Below are positions 10,902-21,325 of a stretch of DNA of 64,000 nt, piece after piece. The notes beneath the pieces were generated by a model that saw nothing but the letters and a program-made list of their open reading frames with translations, did not search any database and had not been told where the DNA came from. Position 1 is the stretch's first letter; every line of letters starts with the position of its first letter. Source of the DNA: Torpedo marmorata (lineage: Eukaryota); the NCBI GenBank assembly GCA_977017645.1, contig OZ360224.1, positions 9,982,001 through 10,046,000 on the forward strand, read 5' to 3'. The position numbers and the translations under genes were made by a program.

Positions 10902-13900
10902 TTCACATCTACTTTCATGAGCCTATTTTCAGCTACCATTCCCCGGAACTGCACCTTTACCAAATACAAAACTGTTCTGCAAATATCCAAACATCCCTGC
11001 ATTTATTACTCAATAACTAGATTGCAGGACACAAGTTCAAAGTTCAGTTTTATTGTCAGAGTACATACATGACATCACATGCAACCCTAAGTTTGTTAGC
11101 AGTGGCAAAGGATTTTCAGTAACTGCAGAGCAAACTCTTGAGTCAATTTAAAAATACATTTTTGTTCTGACCTCAGAGTAGTTTGTGAAGCCTCATTGTA
11201 CAAAGCTTTTCAAGTCCTTGCCATTTTGCTTTCAACTCTGTGCGCTGATCGAGCATTTATTATGCCATTGTTTAACACCTTTGCAGAGGGAATAAGAAGG
11301 GCAGTCTTACAATCTTGCAAAGTGATTTATCCAGCTACTAAGAAAATTTTTAACTGGTTTGTGTTTGATATATGCATCATTATCATCTGTTATTATATTA
11401 AAAATGAGACAGCTGAATACTAAAAGCCAAACATATGTCAAATTTGCATTGTAAACCAGATACCATTGGCTGAAATGCATCCTCTCCTCAATGTTCAGGA
11501 ATTGAGCTTGTCTGAAAATTTCCCATTGAGGCAATGCCACTATTTTAACTGGGCCAGAACCAAACACATGTAAGAAACCCAGTCACCCTCCACTTTTTAC
11601 AAGACAATTAGGGGACGTTTGAGGGAATGTTCAGTTTAAGATTTGTAAAGAGTGAAAATATCAGTGTGCGCTCAAACTATGTTCTTTTGGCTTTGTTGCA
11701 GATATAGATTGAATGGGCTCCCCTCCAGATCAACTCCCCAGAGACTCTGTCAATTGTACTGCCTAAATGTCTTTCCCAGAATACTCAATTGTTGATCTAT
11801 CTGCCAATGCATTAGTATATGTTCACCAAAAGTCTGAGACGAATACAATGGTTGAAGATTTCTCAAGTAGGTGGTGAATATCTTGTGAGAAACAGAATGT
11901 TTAGAGTCATCCAGTGAAAATTTGTACGGCAGGTGTTAAAACATTTTAACGAACAGTTAATAATGTAATCAAGAAAACAAGGGTTGAACATACAAAAATA
12001 ACTGAAATTGTGAAGACGCAAAGGACCTTGACTTGGGCAAAGGTTGGTCTATGAGAAACACTCACTAGGCCATATGTATAATATTTATTTTTGTTACTGT
12101 GAAATTTTTATATCAAAACAACTCATAGTTTCAGGGCATAACACACCAATTTGAACTTTTGTTTTTTTTTTAATATCCAGACTTCGATGTTTTTATTTTC
12201 TAACCACCCTCCCCAATTTTTTTTCCTTGTGTCAGCGGGTTTGCAGTTTGGCAGAACAACACTCTACTGAGTAGCTGCCAGTGCTGACATGTGAAGAGAA
12301 CCAGCAAAGACATGAAACACTGCTTGTATTTGGAGCTACATGTCTGTTAGCAGTGGAAACGTGAGGGCCTGTGAAAAGAGCCGACTCTGCTGGCTGCAGG
12401 CCAGTGAGCACTTCTCACAGGCTCGTTCTCATGGCTTTGGATTCTGGGGTTCAAGAAGCAACACCAAATGAGTTAACACTATGAATTTCACAGAAGTGTG
12501 TTTTTACAGAGACTCTATGCTCATTTTCACCCTCCCATTTGATCATACGATAAAGTTTGACCCACCACCCACAGCATTGCCTATGGCTTTGAACAGGTGG
12601 CATTTTCAAGGGTTCTCAGCTCCTCAGAATTTCCTAATGACAAGTGTTGATACTTTGAGCATCTCCAGAAACACTGGGAGTAGTCATAATCCACTCAATC
12701 ACAGCTGGTGAAAGTTGAATGTACACTTAAGTTTGAGACACAAAATCGGAATAATTAACAACTATTTACTGACGTGACCTTGCTCCAAACATATTATAGA
12801 ATCACTGACCAAACAGCTCTTTTCCCCACTAACTAAAAGATACTTCCATTCCCATTTTCATTGCTCATTCAAATGGAGGTATGAAATATTGATACACTTC
12901 AATTTATTTTACACATTTTAAATACCTCATATTGAATAATTAATGAAACAGCTTTATAATATTATCTTAATATTTTAATTGAATTGAATTCCCTCAACTT
13001 ATGCTCTCTTGTGGCACTTTAACATTTTGGAAACAATGATTACATTTCCATCCAGATCCAAAACTAATACATTTTTTGTTGAGCTTGCCATACATTATTA
13101 TGTCTCCCAAGTGAATACTCTTTGCTTACATACTGGTCTTTAATATTTAATATTTTGAAGTTTCCATTCTGGGAAAGAATCAGTCTGATGGAAAGGGAAT
13201 TTGTATCTTAGTACAAAAAAAAAATCTTACAGTTTTCAAAAGATTTAAAGTCACAAGCTTAGAAATTGCTGTGCTGTGTTATTCAGTTTAAAGTGTGTCG
13301 CAAAATGTTTTGGTGTGAGTTACAACCAAGTATTATTGTAAACATGCATAACAATGACCACATTTAACATGACAAAATAATAAATCACAGCAGTTATCAA
13401 CTAAAACAGGGAGACACTTAAACTGTCTATTAGTGAAGGAGAGGAGAGCTGTGATCGGTGGGAGTATCAGGCAGCTCCTTCCTTCAGATGATCCTGTTGT
13501 AGCTGGTTTAGTAATGACTAATAGGTGGGGTAAATGCTGCTTAAAAATTTCAATGGCTGTAATGGAGAGAAGTGAGAAGATTACTGATGTCAAGAAATCA
13601 ACTAAGGTAAGCCTAAGGTTATATTTGGAATGTTGGTCAGCTGTCCCAAGAGGGCACATGAATAAATGTTCTTTCAAGAACTATTAATCACTTTGTGCTG
13701 AACACCAGAATAAATAGTGGGGGGAACAGCAAAGAGAGTGAATGCATATCACCTGCAGTTATACCACAACATGGATAGCATACACTGGGCAATTGAGGAC
13801 AGTAACAGTACTTAAAGGGGATTACACAAGGAATGATCAGAATCAGAATTTATTGTCATGAACAAGTCATGAAATTCGGTGAACGTACAGCTCCATAATG

Positions 13901-13971
13901 ACCACTCATCTGATGAAAGACAGAATGACAGTGGATGTGGTTAACTGAAGGACACTTGTCCATGTTACTTT

Positions 13972-14770
13972 ATTCAGATTTCAGATTTCAGATTTATTGT
14001 CAGAGTACATACATGACATCACATACAACCCTGAGATTCTTTTTTCCTGCGGGCGCGGCAGAATTACCACTAATTGGTAGTGCAAAAATAAACTGTACAC
14101 AGCGTAAAACATGTAAACAAACAAAGAACTGTAAACAGTTAACGAATGGAAACAAACTGACTGTGCGATACAGAGAGAACAAAAAGAAAATCAATAAAGT
14201 GCACAAGTAAGAGTCCTTAAATGAGTCCCTGATTGAGTTTGTTGTTGAGGAGTCTGATGGTGGAGGGGTAGCAGCTGTTCCTGAACCTGGTGGTGCGAGT
14301 CTTGTGGCACCTATACCTCTTTCCTGATGGCAGCAGCGAGAACAGAGCGTGTGCTGGGTGGTGTGGGTCTTTGATGATTGCTGCTGCTCTCTGAGGTCAG
14401 TGTTCCCTGCAGATGTACTCAATAGTGGGGAGGGTTTTGCCTGTGATGTCCTGGGCTGTGTCCACTACCTTTTGGAGGGCTTTACGCTCAGGGGTATTGG
14501 TGTTCCCATACCAGACCATGATGCAGCCGGTCAGCACACTTTCCACCACACATCTGTAGAAATTTGCCAGGGTTTCTGGTGTCATACCAAACCTCTGCAA
14601 ACTCCTGAGGAAGTAGAGGCGCTGACGTGCTTTCTTCACGATGCCATTGGTGTGTTGGGTCCAGGAAAGATCCTCTGAGATAGTGACTCCCAAGAACTTA
14701 TTTGCTCACCCTCTCCACCTCTCATCCCCCAATGATCACTAGATTGTACATATCTGGCTTTCCTTTCCTT
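13972..14770 (-). mobile_element. Rex1/Babar LINE 3' part (further short tail fragments at about 11033-11090 and 13833-13880)
   Basis: GVTISEDLSW...KARQRLYFLR...VVESVLTGCI. Tail appears as (TTCAGAT)n on the plus strand. Confidence 0.85.
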
Positions 14771-15203
14771 CCCTTACACACAATCAAGTGTTTTAAATGT
14801 TGATCATATAATTTCAGTACCCCATTCCTGTTTTCTCCATTAGCTTGATCTCTTTAGCCAACTCACTTTTGAACAGATATACCAAACTGGGCTCAACAAC
14901 TTTGTGGTAGGGAGTTCCACAAGTTCACAACTCTTTTTTTAAAAAAATATTTTATTTAAAATTTTTAAATCACGAAATACATAAAGTAAAATATACAGTT
15001 ATGAAATTATTTGTGATACATTTTCACCCCCCCCTCCCTCCCTCCCCTCCCCAACCCTCCCAACCCCACTAATCTAATAAAAATATAAAATAAAAATAGA
15101 AAAAGAAGAAAGAAAAAGAAAGAGAAAAATAAAGTTAGGGAATGCCAATCTATAAACTACTTCTATTATGGAGGTCAAGTATGCCAGTAGACCCAATACC
15201 CAG

Positions 15204-15894
15204 TATAAGTAACGGTGACTTCGCTCCACCAATAGTCACCTGGAGGCTAAGTGTGGTCCTTGCTTTTGACGCGTTTTAATTAATTTACTAACAAAGTCCA
15301 ATATGTTCAAAACCTTTATTTTCACACATGACTTGCAGTAATCTTCAATGACTTTAATATAAACAGTTCTTGTAAACGATGTATGATAAGTTCCTTTAAA
15401 TTATTCTTTAAACAATTCCAAAATGATATGAAACACTGTAGAACGATGTAAAAGTTATAAAACGATATAAAACGGTATAAAACGGTCAATAAAGATGTGG
15501 AGACCAGACTCACCCCCCATACATCTCTATCCTTTCTTTGTTCTCTCTCTCCAATGGTTCTGCGCATGCTCCAACGCGCATACTACAATTCCCAGCCTCC
15601 CACGCGCACTATGACGTCACTCTATACTGCGCATGCGCCCGTCGGCACTCCCGCGCATGCGCATATCAAAGAACGGGCCGACGACGGCCCACAGAACAAC
15701 GCAAGCGCTCCAAGGCCCGACGTGGCCTCGGAGCGCGCTGAGGACGGCCCAGTGAACAACGCGAGCGCTCAATGGCCCGACGTGGCCCAGGAGCGCTCCG
15801 AGGACGGCCCACCGAACCACGCGAGCGCTCCAAGGCCCGACGAGACATCGGAGCGCCGCAACAACGGTAAGTTAACGAGCCTACGGCTCTTACA
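15204..15894 (-). repeat. BEL 3' LTR
   Basis: Direct repeat of 20635-21325. Minus strand reads TGTAAG...CTTATA. AATAAA on the minus strand near 15315-15320. Internal 3 x 60-bp repeat at 15683-15858. Confidence 0.95.
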
Positions 15895-16091
15895 CCGGCC
15901 CCTAATTATTATAATTAGACGTAATGTCTTGAATAATAATTACACTATAAATAATAATAACCATAACATTCAAAACAATACAAATCTTCTTTCTTCCTTC
16001 TTCATAAATCTAGAGTTTACCATAACTCTGATTCAACAAAAGTCTGTAACCTGTGAAATGTACAACAACAAATAAAGTCAGTTTACATTTA

Positions 16092-16275
16092 TCAAAGTTC
16101 CTCTGTCTCCAACAAAAGGCAGACCTGGTTAATAGGTCTGCTTAGAAAACCAGTCTTAGCTTTAATTCGCACTTGACGCACAAGTCCTCTTTGTCTTGAA
16201 AAGTCTCAATAATCTTTTCCAAGTAACCAGGAATTTCTTGAAGTTGAACCATCCATAACAATCACAATGTCTCTT
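16092..16275 (-). pseudogene. frameshifted remnant of the BEL integrase C-terminus (DUF5641-like)
   Basis: Manual translation: RDIVIVMDGSTSRNSWLLGK / IIETFQDK / GLVRQVRIKAKTGFLSRPINQVCLLLETEEL*. Confidence 0.8.
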
Positions 16276-16310
16276 TAAAGTTCTTTTATCTTCAAATCTG
16301 AGTTAAAATG

Positions 16311-19300
16311 TCAATCAGTAAACCTCAAATCTTCTTCAGACAAAATAGATACAGTTTTCCTTTTGAATTTAACACAAGGCACTTCTTCAGCACGTCGTTT
16401 CACTTTATTCCTTTCTTCAGTATTCCACTTCTCATGTGAAGAATTTAAACTCTTAGAATTAGAATTTGAATATTTATCTGATTCTTTCGATTTTAAACAG
16501 GTCTGTTTAACCACTCTGGTTTCTATTGCTCTTTCCTGCAATTCTAAATCCAATTTCGCAACTTTCAATTCAGTCTCAGCTCCTTCCGAGAAATTAATAA
16601 TTTGATCTGAAGTCAAAATATCATGCGATACATTGATAGTTCCATTGTCAATCCTGTTGCAGCATACTTGAAATTTTTTAATTTCTTCGTCTTGCTTGTT
16701 ACATTTCTGCAATGCAATCTCACATTCTTTCTGCATTGTTAATTGTTGAACATTCAATTTACATTCTTGATTGGTTTTTAAAGTCAACTGTTTTGTGTTA
16801 TTAACCAATAACTTGATCTCTTTCAAAACATTAATCTCTTCCTCCAACCTTTTACATTTTGATAATGCTGAATCTCTTTCCTCAATAACTGTATTCATTT
16901 CTTCAGCAGTTATTCTTTTCTTCCGCTTTCTGACTTTGCGAGTTTTACTTACAATTAAATCTTTCTGTTTACTGTTTTCTTGCTTATTTAATATTTCCAA
17001 TTCTCCTTTCAACATTTTGTTCTCTGAATCATTATTCTTTATTTCATCAGCACAATTTTCTGTGTTCTCCATTTTTACATCACATTGCAATAATTCTTCA
17101 TTAGCTTTGTCAATTGTAATCTCTGAACTACAAAATCTACATTCAGATTTGTTTTCAGTCACTTGTTTTATTCCTGTATTTGATTCAATTACACATGAAT
17201 GATCAACAGTATTATTTGCAACATCTTCTAATACTTCACTTTCATCCATTTCTGACGAAATTAATTTCTTCAATGTTGTTTTAAATACCACTGATTTATT
17301 TTCACATTGATCTGTTTTCTTTTCTTCATAAGTGATTTTCTTATTCACGGTTTTTTGCTCTTCTCTTAACTCTTCAAATTTCTCAACCGAAATTTTATTA
17401 ACATTTATCGCTACCTGTTCCCGAGCAATATCATTATTTCTTTCCATTGGTCCATTGATTGCCCAACCAAGTATGGTTCTAATAGCGTAAGGTCCATTCC
17501 TTTTACTTTCTATTACTTCTTTTGGTACCAAAACCTTTGGCACATCTGAACCAATCAGCATTTCTATCCCAGAATTAATTTCAGGTAAATAAACCTTCCA
17601 CAGATAAGCTAAATGATGGATATCACTTTGATGAGGAATATTTCCTTCGTTCACAGGCATAGTCTTCTGAGTATATACACTTGGAAGATCACAAAATTTT
17701 TTGTCATCCAATCCAGCAACCTCTAAGCCTGAAACAATGTTAGTTTCAACAACCTTTTCTTGTCCCATTGTTTTTAACATAATTCTTGATTTTCTTCCTT
17801 GAATATTAAGTTTATTCATTAGTCCTTCCGTGCAAAAAGATGCAGTGCTACCTGGGTCTAGAAATGCATATGTTTTTACTATTGCATCCCCTTTCTTGGC
17901 CTTAACTTGTACAGGCACTATTGAAAGTTTGCAGTTATTCACCCCGGCCCCAGTAAGACCACTTGTCTGAACCGAGGTTATAACATTATTTTCTGTTGTT
18001 TCCTTTGTTTCTGTTTGCTCCTTTTCCAATTCTTTGTTTCTGTTATGGACATGCAAAATTCTAGGATGTTTAAAATTGCATATGTCACAATTAATTTGCT
18101 TCTCGCAGTTTTTACTGATGTGCCCTTTACACAGACAGCTAAAACATATTCCATTTTCCTTTAAGAAAGCGATCCTTTCTTTATGTTCCTTCCTTTCCAA
18201 TTGTAAACACATTTCCAAAGCATGTCCACCTTTACAGAACAAACAACTCTTTTCATTAGGCAAACTTTCCTTTTCCTTATTTATTTTGTCCTTTTCTTTA
18301 CTTATAACTTGCACATTAGTAGCAAAAGTACTCCTTTTCACTTTCGGACTAGACTGTGAATTAGACTTCCTTACATCTTTACCCATTGAATTATCTCTGG
18401 CATTTCCATATAGTGGATCTGTTTCAACATACACTTGTCGTTCAAGAAAATTTACCAAATCCTTTAAAGTAATTCTTCGACCATAATTTACTTGTAAATC
18501 ACAAGCCAAATTTCTCCATCTATCCCATACCTTGTAAGGTAATTTTTCTAAAATGATTCGCATATTACTATGCACATCAAGCTCACGAATACCATCGATT
18601 TCTTCCATAGCATTACAACATCCTCTTAAAAACAAAGTATATTCTTGCAAAGCCTTTACATCATTTTGTTTTATTGATGTCCATTTAAGAGCTTTATCCA
18701 TATAAGCTAAAGCAATTCGATGTTTGTTGCCAAAATATTGTTCCAATAAAGCCTTAGCTTTGTCTAATCCTCTTCCTGAAGACATTTGGTTACAACTTTT
18801 TACCAGTTCTTTTGGATGTCCCTTTGTGAACATTTCCAAATAATAAAGACATTCATCTCGATCTTGGCATTTATCTTCAATATTGCGTTTGAAAGATCTC
18901 ATAAACGATTGATATTGAAGTGGATCACCATCAAAAGTTTGTATCTCTTTCTTGGGTAAAGAAGAGAGAGACTGTAACTGAAACAATGATGCAGCAATTT
19001 CATTTTGTCTTTCCTTGGATGACAATACATTGCTCTGTTCACTGTTTCTTGTTGCATGCAATGTATCTGGATACCTTACTGGTGTAGTTTTTTCCATATT
19101 TCTGATGCTGGACTCACATAACAAAGAAGCTACTTCGTTCGACCGAACCCAATCCGCAGCCTTGCTTTCAGATGTTATCATTGGTGCATGTGACTCGATA
19201 CCAATATGCTCTTGAAAGGTTTGTCTTTGTATATGTAAGTTTTGTATCCTTGGTTCTAAAATATCTATCCTTTTGGTTGGTTTCTTTTCCTGTGACTCCT

Positions 19301-20189
19301 TTTTTAAATATGACCTTTTATTATCAGATAATTTAGATAATTTACTGCTAGCACCAGATACCATTGAACCTTCTATTGCTTTCTTTTCTGCCTTGGCAAT
19401 AGCAATGTTTGCTTCCAGCTCCTGCAGTTCTTTTCTCTGTCTTAGCTGCTCCTTCTCTTGTCTTAGCTGCTCCTTTAGCTGCTCCTCCTTTTGTCTTAGC
19501 TGCTCCTCCTTTTGTCTTAGCTGCTCCTTTAGCTGCTTCTCATTTTGTCTTAGCTGCTCCTTTAGCTGCTCCTCATTTTGTCTTAGCTGCTCCTCCTCTT
19601 GTCTTAGCTGCTCCTTTAGCTGTTTCTCATTTTGTCTTAGCTGTTCCTCCTCTTGTTCTAATATAAATTTATCCTTAAGCGTTTTTTGTTGTGCAAGAAG
19701 AGCGGCCAATTTAACATCAACCTTTGTACGTGACGATGCAGAACTTGAAGTACGAGAAACTCTGGAGCTTGAACCAGAACTTCTTTTGCTTCTCCTGCTT
19801 TCAGCATTTGAGACACTGTCACTTGCTTGTATTTCGTCCTGCAGTTCATATGTTGTCTTCATACTTACCTCTTTATCCAATTCGAATTGTATATCCTTTG
19901 CATCTTCAACCAATTCAATTTCTTCCTCATTTGGTGACACAATTTCAGCCATTTCCAAGTTATCTTCTTGTTCAAATAATGAAGCTGCTTCTTCATCCTT
20001 TGCCTGCTTCAATCTTTCAATAAGAACCTTTTTATTTCCACTTATGTCCTTATTCAGTCGCTTCAATTCTTCTTTAATATCCGCAACCTTCATGTCTTCA
20101 ATACGTTGGTCCTCAACAGCAACATCAGCGGTTGCTGCGTCAGCTGCTGATAAATCAGTAGCTGCTGTATCAGTGGCTGCTGCGGCCAT
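16311..20189 (-). CDS. BEL/Pao chimeric protein: SAP domain - coiled coil - Gag (DUF1759-like) - three zinc knuckles - aspartic protease - MIPOL1-like coiled coil; no RT, RNase H or integrase
   Basis: Uninterrupted ORF. ATG at 20189 is in strong context; there is an upstream in-frame ATG at 20222. Motifs FDGDPLQY, CLFCKGGHALEMC, CFSCLCKGHISKNC, CDICNFKHPRILH, YAFLDPGS, GPYAIRTILGW. No YxDD motif. Confidence 0.88.
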   Translation of the reverse strand: MAAAATDTAATDLSAADAATADVAVEDQRIEDMKVADIKEELKRLNKDISGNKKVLIERLKQAKDEEAASLFEQEDNLEMAEIVSPNEEEIELVEDAKDIQFELDKEVSMKTTYELQDEIQASDSVSNAESRRSKRSSGSSSRVSRTSSSASSRTKVDVKLAALLAQQKTLKDKFILEQEEEQLRQNEKQLKEQLRQEEEQLRQNEEQLKEQLRQNEKQLKEQLRQKEEQLRQKEEQLKEQLRQEKEQLRQRKELQELEANIAIAKAEKKAIEGSMVSGASSKLSKLSDNKRSYLKKESQEKKPTKRIDILEPRIQNLHIQRQTFQEHIGIESHAPMITSESKAADWVRSNEVASLLCESSIRNMEKTTPVRYPDTLHATRNSEQSNVLSSKERQNEIAASLFQLQSLSSLPKKEIQTFDGDPLQYQSFMRSFKRNIEDKCQDRDECLYYLEMFTKGHPKELVKSCNQMSSGRGLDKAKALLEQYFGNKHRIALAYMDKALKWTSIKQNDVKALQEYTLFLRGCCNAMEEIDGIRELDVHSNMRIILEKLPYKVWDRWRNLACDLQVNYGRRITLKDLVNFLERQVYVETDPLYGNARDNSMGKDVRKSNSQSSPKVKRSTFATNVQVISKEKDKINKEKESLPNEKSCLFCKGGHALEMCLQLERKEHKERIAFLKENGICFSCLCKGHISKNCEKQINCDICNFKHPRILHVHNRNKELEKEQTETKETTENNVITSVQTSGLTGAGVNNCKLSIVPVQVKAKKGDAIVKTYAFLDPGSTASFCTEGLMNKLNIQGRKSRIMLKTMGQEKVVETNIVSGLEVAGLDDKKFCDLPSVYTQKTMPVNEGNIPHQSDIHHLAYLWKVYLPEINSGIEMLIGSDVPKVLVPKEVIESKRNGPYAIRTILGWAINGPMERNNDIAREQVAINVNKISVEKFEELREEQKTVNKKITYEEKKTDQCENKSVVFKTTLKKLISSEMDESEVLEDVANNTVDHSCVIESNTGIKQVTENKSECRFCSSEITIDKANEELLQCDVKMENTENCADEIKNNDSENKMLKGELEILNKQENSKQKDLIVSKTRKVRKRKKRITAEEMNTVIEERDSALSKCKRLEEEINVLKEIKLLVNNTKQLTLKTNQECKLNVQQLTMQKECEIALQKCNKQDEEIKKFQVCCNRIDNGTINVSHDILTSDQIINFSEGAETELKVAKLDLELQERAIETRVVKQTCLKSKESDKYSNSNSKSLNSSHEKWNTEERNKVKRRAEEVPCVKFKRKTVSILSEEDLRFTD
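19430..19660 (-). repeat. in-frame 12/21-bp tandem repeat encoding a QLRQxEE/QLKE heptad coiled coil
   Basis: Repeated TGTCTTAGCTGCTCC and TTTAGCTGC on the plus strand. Confidence 0.85.
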
Positions 20190-20634
20190 TTTACTCGTCT
20201 TGTTCCTCTTTCCTTCAAGCATACACAACACTAGCCAAACAACAGTCCCCAATGGACCAGCGGCAGCAATTCCAATCTGTGTTCTTACTTGCTAAAGATA
20301 CACAGAAGGAGTCCACAGACTTATGCCTACCACTTCTAATGACTGTAATGTGCTGCAATCCTTAAACGAGTTTCAACCACAACATCCGTCACTAATATCA
20401 CTAATTTTCCAAAAATGGTTTCTCCAACGTATTTATATGACACTTTATTATAAGATTTGAAGCTTTAAATCCCTCTCTGGCTGTTATTCATGGCAGATGG
20501 AAGTGGATTACAAACTGCCCCCAACTCGAGGCATCTCCAAATGGCCACCAATTTATATCAGTCCAAAGCACAGAGAGTTTTTTCTATCTTCTTTCCTTCA
20601 AACTTCTGTTCCAAACAGCCAGCCCTTTATTGAC

Positions 20635-21325
20635 TATAAGTAACGGTGACTTCGCTCCACCAATAGTCACCTGGAGGCTAAGTGTGGTCCTTGCTTTTGA
20701 CGCGTTTTAATTAATTTACTAACAAAGTCCAATATGTTCAAAACCTTTATTTTCACACATGACTTGCAGTAATCTTCAATGACTTTAATATAAACAGTTC
20801 TTGTAAACGATGTATGATAAGTTCCTTTAAATTATTCTTTAAACAATTCCAAAATGATATGAAACACTGTAGAACGATGTAAAAGTTATAAAACGATATA
20901 AAACGGTATAAAACGGTCAATAAAGATGTGGAGACCAGACTCACCCCCCATACATCTCTATCCTTTCTTTGTTCTCTCTCTCCAATGGTTCTGCGCATGC
21001 TCCAACGCGCATACTACAATTCCCAGCCTCCCACGCGCACTATGACGTCACTCTATACTGCGCATGCGCCCGTCGGCACTCCCGCGCATGCGCATATCAA
21101 AGAACGGGCCGACGACGGCCCACAGAACAACGCAAGCGCTCCAAGGCCCGACGTGGCCTCGGAGCGCGCTGAGGACGGCCCAGTGAACAACGCGAGCGCT
21201 CAATGGCCCGACGTGGCCCAGGAGCGCTCCGAGGACGGCCCACCGAACCACGCGAGCGCTCCAAGGCCCGACGAGACATCGGAGCGCCGCAACAACGGTA
21301 AGTTAACGAGCCTACGGCTCTTACA
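20635..21325 (-). repeat. BEL 5' LTR
   Basis: Direct repeat of 15204-15894. The ORF-track translations across the two LTRs are identical. Confidence 0.95.

Larger units (their letters stand above)
15204..21325 (-). mobile_element. Non-autonomous BEL/Pao LTR retrotransposon (Gag-protease only), very young
   Basis: Two 691-bp LTRs (15204-15894 and 20635-21325) with no difference seen. 5-bp TSD CCCAG (15199-15203 and 21326-21330). PPT-like AATTAGGGGCCGG precedes the 3' LTR. Confidence 0.95.

Noticed and set aside
15497-16075. ORFs with 20-aa repeats in the BEL LTRs (also 20928-21419)
   Set aside because: They arise from the GC-rich 60-bp LTR repeat, are antisense to the element and run out into unrelated flanks.
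19273-20295. 340-aa Ser/Cys-rich plus-strand ORF
   Set aside because: Antisense shadow of the Gag coiled-coil repeat.
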